Positions 57,894-64,000 of a stretch of DNA of 64,000 nucleotides are shown one piece after another (within the stretch, counting starts at the first letter, position 1; each line of letters begins with the position of its first letter). Under the pieces are notes generated by a model. That model searched no databases, was not told the origin of the DNA, and worked only from the letters and a program-made list of their open reading frames with translations. This DNA is from a virus (Duplodnaviria > Heunggongvirae > Uroviricota > Caudoviricetes), in the IMG/VR virus record IMGVR_UViG_3300013307_000015; one strand, 5' to 3'. The translations under genes were made by a program, and so were the position numbers.

Positions 57894-57993
57894 ATTGGTG
57901 CTCGGTGCATTGAGCGTGGCAACCTTGATCGGGATCGCAACGACCCGGTACTGGTTGCCCGATCCTTGCGATCTGAAGCGCTGGCGGCGCTAA
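57865..57993 (+). CDS. small membrane protein
   Basis: MISSLPTTAKLVLGALSVATLIGIA...WRR; ends just before the terminator. Confidence 0.4.
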   Translation: MISSLPTTAKLVLGALSVATLIGIATTRYWLPDPCDLKRWRR

Positions 57994-58002
57994 GAGACCA
58001 AC

Positions 58003-58041
58003 GGCATAAAGAGGGGAGGCCAAAAGCCTCCCCGATATGCC
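58003..58041. terminator. bidirectional terminator-like element
   Basis: GGCATA...GGGGAGGC-CAAAA-GCCTCCCC...TATGCC between convergent genes. Confidence 0.7.
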
Positions 58042-58042
58042 C

Positions 58043-59149
58043 TTAACGGCCGTTGACATCCACCAACATGTTTTCGATGGTATCGATCTCGAACATGACT
58101 TCGGTCAAGACGTTAGGCGTCAAGACCTTCATCATGCTGTTGCGCTTGTACATGCGGATCTGACGCAGTACATAGTTCACTTCGTTGCGATTGGTGGTCG
58201 ATGCACCTGCCTTACTGACACGGACCAAGAAGTCCAATACCGGCAAGCGGGAAATGCTCAACGACCAGACGACTTGCTGCGTCGGCACGATGTCGGGCAA
58301 CTTCATGACATCATCCAGATCGCGTGCAGTCACCATCGGGATCTCATGCATCATGCCACGAAAGTCCCGACCAATCTTTTCCATCAACTCCAGCATCTTG
58401 GTTTGCCATTGCGTCAGTCGCTGATCCCAATCAACCAACGGGAACGAATGAGGCCGTTTGGCTTCTCCAATCGGAGCACCGCGTGCAATTGCATGGATGC
58501 GGTTAAAGATGGCGAGATCCAGATGCGAGTAGAGCATATTCGGCAAGACGTACATGTGCACGAACTGCATCGTACTCATCTGGTTTTCCTGATACAACTC
58601 CTGCCAGTTGGCTTGCTCCAGTCGAAACGACCGGTACATGGCAGCCAGCATGGGGATATTGATCAGGATTACTGCAACCCCTGAATCGGTGGAGTTATCC
58701 ACGCCATTAGGTAATTTTAAAGCGATGTCAGTAATGGGATGACGAAGGACTCGGATGGGTTGCAAATCCTTCCAGTTCTTTTCCGCATCAAAGACATCAA
58801 AGTCTTCATTGTCCGCGACCAGGACTTCAAAGGTTTCGGGACCATAGAAGACTCCGGGGAAAATCTGCCCCCGGTAAATGGACGACGTCATCTTTAACGC
58901 CATCGAGAGATTCAACGCCATGGCTTGCACGTTATCGACGTAGCGTTCGATGTTTTGTGACAACGGCACATCGATGGACTGGATCAGTCGCACCAAGAAA
59001 TGGTCGGATTGAACTGCCATTGGGTGATTGCGGTAGTACCGAATCACCGTGTCCAGATTTCGTTTCAGCCCATCGCGAATGTTATTCCATCCCGGCACTC
59101 TCGCGACAGCGCTCAAAGATTCTGGCATGGAATTGAATAAGCTGTACAT
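58043..59149 (-). CDS. conserved Chimalliviridae protein (gp52-like by position)
   Basis: About 368 aa from MYSLFNSM; opposite-strand gene between the DNA polymerase and chimallin. Confidence 0.7.
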   Translation of the reverse strand: MYSLFNSMPESLSAVARVPGWNNIRDGLKRNLDTVIRYYRNHPMAVQSDHFLVRLIQSIDVPLSQNIERYVDNVQAMALNLSMALKMTSSIYRGQIFPGVFYGPETFEVLVADNEDFDVFDAEKNWKDLQPIRVLRHPITDIALKLPNGVDNSTDSGVAVILINIPMLAAMYRSFRLEQANWQELYQENQMSTMQFVHMYVLPNMLYSHLDLAIFNRIHAIARGAPIGEAKRPHSFPLVDWDQRLTQWQTKMLELMEKIGRDFRGMMHEIPMVTARDLDDVMKLPDIVPTQQVVWSLSISRLPVLDFLVRVSKAGASTTNRNEVNYVLRQIRMYKRNSMMKVLTPNVLTEVMFEIDTIENMLVDVNGR

Positions 59150-59220
59150 GGATATCGGATCCAAGCAAGAAGAATAGAGGCTATAAAATACTGCCGGGAA
59201 TTTCCACAAAGGAGTAGGAA

Positions 59221-59532
59221 ATGAAAATTGTCACACGTGAAGAGTTTCTGAAGCTCCCCGTAGGAACGCTATATTCGAAGTATCAACCATGCGTAGCCGA
59301 TGAGATTCACATCAAAGACGAGACGGTCATGGATGACTTTTGCTGTGTCGACATCTCGAACTCGGCCAGTTTCCTACACGCAAGCGATACCAGCGAACCC
59401 GTCAATTTGGAAACACCTTATCGAGACGCGTGTGCCCGTGACAAGGATCAGCTTTTCGCTGTCTGGGAACTGGACGATTTGAAAGCCTTGGCCGCAGTAG
59501 TCAATCGTGCGATGGAGCTTGCACAACAATGA
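59221..59532 (+). CDS. hypothetical phage protein
   Basis: AAGGAG RBS; MKIV.R.EFL.LP.GTLYSKY.P pattern common in phages. Confidence 0.72.
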   Translation: MKIVTREEFLKLPVGTLYSKYQPCVADEIHIKDETVMDDFCCVDISNSASFLHASDTSEPVNLETPYRDACARDKDQLFAVWELDDLKALAAVVNRAMELAQQ

Positions 59533-59762
59533 CTCGACGAATCGCTGGACGACTCTCAGCTGCGGTAGCCATCGCAGCTTTGGCAGCAGGTGCATCAGCG
59601 CGAGCTGGCAAACACGAGCCGATTAAGTTGCCCAAGCAGGAAGAAGACGAGTTCTCAGGCGGGATGGCCAATGTCTATTTCGTGGAACCGAATCCACGAC
59701 GTGAACCCGGTCGAGGCAAGCGTGGTGGAAATGGAAAAGGGAGAAAGTGGTGGAACAAGTAA
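59529..59762 (+). CDS. small protein with basic C-terminal tail
   Basis: ATGA overlap; Ala-rich N-terminus. Confidence 0.6.
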   Translation: MTRRIAGRLSAAVAIAALAAGASARAGKHEPIKLPKQEEDEFSGGMANVYFVEPNPRREPGRGKRGGNGKGRKWWNK

Positions 59763-60172
59763 TCTTGCATGAACAACATGTCTGGGACTGGCTGGCGGCG
59801 TTCTTTCGCATCGACATTCCTCCCATGTCGCAACTGCCGATTGTTGCCGGTCTACTCAGGAAGATTCCCGTCACTGAGAACGAACTCCGCATCGTGACAC
59901 CGGACGAGATCGGTTACTACACGCCGGCTAATGTTTCTGCGCACTTTGTTCCGATCCCGCCTGTTTGGGAAGGCACGGAAACCCCGTTCACGGAGATCAA
60001 ACAAGAACCCAACCTCGCAAATCCACACAACGTGACGCCAGAGCAAGTTGGTCTTGGCCTGATTAAGATGACCTGCACTTATGGCCCAGACCCGAATGTG
60101 ATCGATGTGGAAGCGCGTGTAGTTGAAACCCCGAAGGAGCTTCCGGCTCCAAAAGGAGAAGAAGATGAATAG
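59747..60172 (+). CDS. hypothetical protein with NPHNVTPEQVGLG motif
   Basis: 141-aa ORF in an overlapping run. Confidence 0.6.
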   Translation: MVEQVILHEQHVWDWLAAFFRIDIPPMSQLPIVAGLLRKIPVTENELRIVTPDEIGYYTPANVSAHFVPIPPVWEGTETPFTEIKQEPNLANPHNVTPEQVGLGLIKMTCTYGPDPNVIDVEARVVETPKELPAPKGEEDE

Positions 60173-60947
60173 AGAATATCCCGAAGGCTTTTGGCCGGTT
60201 TCTGAACAAGAGTTCAAATGCATGATGGCGCATCACGGGTCGAACTGGGAAGATGCTGCTGCCAAAGCCGAGGTGTTTTTCTACATCTACGATGCTTGGA
60301 AGGATGAAGAACCGGTCAATATCGAGTATCGGCCGTTCTTCGCAGACGATCTGACGGTGACTTACACCCCTGCGAAGTATCCGGGCTTTGTCGGTCCGAT
60401 GCCGCAAGTCACACTGAAGGAAGGGCGGAGTTACGTACCGGTCGAGAAAAGGTCGTTCTTCGATAATCTGGACAAGATCGAGAAGAGTAAGTCCCCGTCC
60501 GGCAACTTCAAGATCATGACGATAAGCGAGTTGTACGAGGCTGTTCGACTCGCTGGCAACATGGACGAGTTCACACATCTCATGCGTGCCGAAGGCTTCG
60601 ATTCGATCGGTTTGCTGCCTGATGATTGGTCGGAGCGCAACAATCGTGACGAGACGATCCCTGGCGCGATCCAGCACCTGAGTGGTCCGGTAATGGCTAT
60701 TGAAAGCGTCCATGGCCATCACTCTCAGCTGCTTCTTGACAAGATCAAGAGGTTGCATGAAACATTCGTCGATGCTGGAAAAGTGATCCTTGACTCGTGC
60801 CATGATTTCAAGTTCCCGAATCAACCGTTATACCCTCGTGGTGTCGCGGTGTTTTCCGAGGAAGAACAGAAAGACGTGAAACCCAAGAATCGCCCCAAGG
60901 GTCCGCGTCGTACCAAAAACCAACGCGGAAAATGGTGGAATCGATAA
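60165..60947 (+). CDS. hypothetical protein
   Basis: AAGGAG RBS before ATG 60165. Confidence 0.72.
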   Translation: MNREYPEGFWPVSEQEFKCMMAHHGSNWEDAAAKAEVFFYIYDAWKDEEPVNIEYRPFFADDLTVTYTPAKYPGFVGPMPQVTLKEGRSYVPVEKRSFFDNLDKIEKSKSPSGNFKIMTISELYEAVRLAGNMDEFTHLMRAEGFDSIGLLPDDWSERNNRDETIPGAIQHLSGPVMAIESVHGHHSQLLLDKIKRLHETFVDAGKVILDSCHDFKFPNQPLYPRGVAVFSEEEQKDVKPKNRPKGPRRTKNQRGKWWNR

Positions 60948-61519
60948 TGACTATTTTAATTGACCCGAAGCATCCGTTGTTTGCCCAGTCTCGTTTCTCG
61001 ATGATTGCTCGACCGGTGAAAACGTATCAGTTGAACGATCTGACGAACTGGGCGTACGAAATCTACGCGGAAGGTGTTTCCCATCCGGCAGTACAACCGA
61101 TGTCGGAAACGGACCATGCTCGCGCTAAGGGCTGGTATATCGACGATCTTCATTGCACGTGGCCTCCCAGTTATTCGTTCCATGTGACGAAGATGGTGAG
61201 TGATTGGATGAGCGACTGGATGGGTTACATCACCGGCAAGTTCGTCTTCTTTCGTGATGAGTCCAAACCGGTGAGCAAGATGAGTCTGTGGCGTACGCTT
61301 TCTCAGGCGTTGCAAGGTTACTCCATCGAAGCGTTTGAGGCGCATATGGGTTACGCTTTGCGCGTGGACCACACGGCGTACTTCAAGTCGCTCGCCGACC
61401 GGGAAATGGGCGCAATCACGATCTCTGGTGTGAAACCGGGCACGACCATTTCCCTCAACTACAAGGCGCGCGGTGGTCAACTGGGTAACCGGAAGACAAG
61501 GCGACAAGGGAAGAGATAA
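60947..61519 (+). CDS. hypothetical protein
   Basis: TAATG coupling. Confidence 0.7.
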   Translation: MTILIDPKHPLFAQSRFSMIARPVKTYQLNDLTNWAYEIYAEGVSHPAVQPMSETDHARAKGWYIDDLHCTWPPSYSFHVTKMVSDWMSDWMGYITGKFVFFRDESKPVSKMSLWRTLSQALQGYSIEAFEAHMGYALRVDHTAYFKSLADREMGAITISGVKPGTTISLNYKARGGQLGNRKTRRQGKR

Positions 61520-61737
61520 TGGCTTTCACAATGGAAGACAGTTGGGAACGGCCTGAGAAATACGAGATGCATGTTATCGCAGCCATTCACCAACTGCATA
61601 ACGCCCATGTCAAGGCGTGGATTATGAAGCCGTGGCCGTTTCGACGTATCGGAGAACTTCCCATCATGAAAGCGATGGTTGACGACGTGTTTCCTCTTCC
61701 ACTCACTGTCAAGATGAAATCACTCGGAGAAAAATGA
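61519..61737 (+). CDS. small hypothetical protein
   Basis: TAATG coupling; 72 aa. Confidence 0.6.
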   Translation: MAFTMEDSWERPEKYEMHVIAAIHQLHNAHVKAWIMKPWPFRRIGELPIMKAMVDDVFPLPLTVKMKSLGEK

Positions 61738-62219
61738 TGGCTCGAATTGGGAGATTGTTCGACGAGCACGGCAATGCATTGCATTGTGGACATGTGGATC
61801 AGCGAGTGAGATCGATTGTTGATGGAATGCTGGCGTCCTCAGCATCGAGTCACGACGACCACATCCATGCTGCGTACGAGTATTATGGTCGTCCGCATTT
61901 CTGTGCTTCGATTGGCGATAGCATGGGTAACCAGATCAGTATCGCCGCGCTGCGTCGGGAAGATGAAGGTTTGTTGTTCAACAAAGACGGTACGGTTTGG
62001 GGTTATCACATCGAACCAGATCCGGAAACGAGCGAGGCGGCGTCGACATGGTTGGAAGGTAACATGTATCCGAAGAACTCGTTCCACGAGTACCTAGGTA
62101 TTGGCCTACACAACCAACACGTGATCGACTACGAGATGCTGCATTGCACAAAGGGCACGTTACTGGATTTGTCCTTCTACCAGCAGATCTATTCCATCCC
62201 TCTTAAACCCCGGAGGTAA
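61734..62219 (+). CDS. hypothetical protein
   Basis: GGAG RBS, ATGA overlap; His-rich. Confidence 0.65.
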   Translation: MMARIGRLFDEHGNALHCGHVDQRVRSIVDGMLASSASSHDDHIHAAYEYYGRPHFCASIGDSMGNQISIAALRREDEGLLFNKDGTVWGYHIEPDPETSEAASTWLEGNMYPKNSFHEYLGIGLHNQHVIDYEMLHCTKGTLLDLSFYQQIYSIPLKPRR

Positions 62220-62344
62220 AACGGCTGTTTGCCAACCGGGGCTATACAGAGAGTTAAAAAACATAGACCCCGTGTGTTCTATGTAGGAGTATCTCGAAAG
62301 AAGAAATAAGTACGCGATGAGAATTTACGGGGTGGAAAATCGAC

Positions 62345-62614
62345 ATGCAGTGGCAACATCTTTGGGAAATCGTTGAATCCGCTGGGTTCGTTCCCGGCCT
62401 TGCGCTAGGCATCGTCCTAGCCTACATCTTTGTCATCGCGCAGAGCATCTGTCGGACACGATACCTGCACGATGCAGCGAAGCTCGAATCGCCTGTCAAA
62501 CTGGGTGAGCAGTTCTATTACATCGTGCCAGAACGATTGTACAACCAGTTTGACCACGCAGGCGCAAGAGCTAGACTTCTTCTTGAACAGTTGGAGAATG
62601 GGAAGAAGGATTGA
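62345..62614 (+). CDS. small membrane protein
   Basis: One TM helix (FVPGLALGIVLAYIFVIA). Confidence 0.6.
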   Translation: MQWQHLWEIVESAGFVPGLALGIVLAYIFVIAQSICRTRYLHDAAKLESPVKLGEQFYYIVPERLYNQFDHAGARARLLLEQLENGKKD

Positions 62615-62786
62615 GTTTGTTCCTGATCCGTGCAGAGGTGTACTCTGGCAATGTACGGATGGGAAGTACTCTGGGTATGGCGATACCAAGAGTGAAGCCT
62701 TGTCTGGATGGATAGAATCCAAACGGATTCGGCGTACGCAACCACCCCCTCGGCTCGATCAAAGAGGGAAGCGCAGGCACTGGTGA
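62598..62786 (+). CDS. small basic hypothetical protein
   Basis: MGRRIEF... after GGAG; G.G.T..EA motif. Confidence 0.5.
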   Translation: MGRRIEFVPDPCRGVLWQCTDGKYSGYGDTKSEALSGWIESKRIRRTQPPPRLDQRGKRRHW

Positions 62787-62945
62787 AGGGTAGGATTGAT
62801 TTCGCATTAGAATTTTATCACCACCACCCTTATCTTATAGGAGGTGAGACCCACTCACCTTTTACCTGGCCCGGTCCCAACCGGGCTGGGGCACCACCTG
62901 TGATGTCAGTTGATGTCGATATTGCCGGAATCAAAGATTTCTTGG

Positions 62946-62956
62946 CTATATATCAC
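62946..62956 (+). promoter_or_regulatory. putative early promoter (CTATATATCAC) upstream of chimallin
   Basis: Copy of the five-member motif; shares ATATCACTCTCTTG with the 22983 copy. Confidence 0.6.
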
Positions 62957-63018
62957 TCTCTTGCATAGTGGTAACACTGTGTTTGCGCAAACATCTTTTT
63001 AGCAAAGAAAGGAAAATC

Positions 63019-64000
63019 ATGAGCCTGAAAACCTCCCAAGGCCAGCAACGCGGCAACCTCGGTCACGCTTTCGACGAGGCACAAGCCAAGCAGCAACCCG
63101 CTGGTCAACAAGCAAGCAGCCAACAAGCACAAGCGTCGCACCAAGATCCGCTGCTGAGCTTCCGTGCGCTCGGCTCGATGTTCGAAATGCCGGCTGCCGC
63201 AAACGCGCAGTCGGAAGTTCTGACGAAGGCTCGTGCTGTCGTGGACGCTGATCTGAAGTCGCTGCCCGATTCGACGTTCGACATCCGTGTCGTCGCGCTG
63301 GACCGCGAAAACCCGGCGCTGAACCTCGGCGTGTCGCTGCTCGTCATCTGCGTGTCGCTCAAGCAACAACCGCAACTGGGCGTCGGCTATCACGCACTGC
63401 TGCTCGCGGAAAGCGCACCGGAACCGAACCCGGTGTCGGTCAACATCGGTCAAGGCCGTACGGTCGAACTGAAGCAAGTGATCGGCGACGCGTATGACGA
63501 AATCATGCGCGCCGAAATCCGCAAGGAACTGGGTCGCCAGTTCGCGAACGTTCCGCTGCACTCGGGCGAAGGCCGCGTCGTGCGTGCCGACTTCAAGTGG
63601 TCGGAAGAAAACGCAGAGAAGTTCCTGCGTGTGGACGCCGTGTCGGCTGCGACCATGGCGCTGGCGAAGTCGATTCCGGGCTTCCGCGATCTGAACCTGC
63701 GCAAGATCGAGCAGGACGGCACGCTCACGTTGAACACGCAGTTCCATCAGCCGCAACTGGTCGACACGACCGGTCAGGCAGTGCGTGCCGACGTTCGCGT
63801 GGTGTTCCGTGCCGGTCAAGCACAGCGCAACCAGCAAGTGCAGCAGTCGCAGAACCTCGAAAAGCCGACGGACATCACCCGTATCGCCGGCTTCATCGAT
63901 CTGATCCACCAGCGTCAGCCGCAGATCAACCCGTATCTGCCGCCGCAATTCCAGTTCCAGCCGGGCCAGAACATCGAGCAGTTCAAGCAGTTCATCCCGC
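63019..64000 (+). CDS. chmA: phage nuclear shell protein chimallin (5' part, runs off the window)
   Basis: AAGGA RBS; open frame MSLKTSQGQQ... with a Q-rich disordered N-terminus, YHALLL, GQAVRAD and IAGFIDL; very strong codon bias; position after DNA polymerase and gp52-like gene. Absent from the ORF track because there is no stop in the window. Confidence 0.8.
   Translation, partial: MSLKTSQGQQRGNLGHAFDEAQAKQQPAGQQASSQQAQASHQDPLLSFRALGSMFEMPAAANAQSEVLTKARAVVDADLKSLPDSTFDIRVVALDRENPALNLGVSLLVICVSLKQQPQLGVGYHALLLAESAPEPNPVSVNIGQGRTVELKQVIGDAYDEIMRAEIRKELGRQFANVPLHSGEGRVVRADFKWSEENAEKFLRVDAVSAATMALAKSIPGFRDLNLRKIEQDGTLTLNTQFHQPQLVDTTGQAVRADVRVVFRAGQAQRNQQVQQSQNLEKPTDITRIAGFIDLIHQRQPQINPYLPPQFQFQPGQNIEQFKQFIP

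Overview
This window is part of a nucleus-forming jumbo phage genome (phiKZ-like, Chimalliviridae). The moderately high GC and codon style suggest a Burkholderiaceae-type host, which is inference only. The left half (about 2.5-39 kb) is a virion module: baseplate/tail-tip protein, a 2416-aa tape-measure/lytic transglycosylase, three virion RNA polymerase subunits, prohead protease, tail tube, tail sheath, baseplate proteins and large terminase. After a 0.7-kb non-coding gap comes an accessory early region. It is followed by PhuZ tubulin, a tRNA locus, a run of small probable paralogues, the polymerase half of a split family-B DNA polymerase, more accessory genes, and the 5' part of the nuclear shell protein chimallin. 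The most unusual feature is a tRNA-Ser scaffold with intact acceptor, D and T arms plus CCA, whose anticodon and variable arms are replaced by a complete HNH endonuclease ORF (tmRNA-like topology). Other notable items: two long, highly structured intergenic RNA candidates (one with a 9-bp pseudoknot), a strand-oriented hairpin+TATGCC end-of-transcript signal, a five-copy early promoter motif, and a repeated leader in the early region. All homology calls come from motif recognition and gene order; no database search was run.
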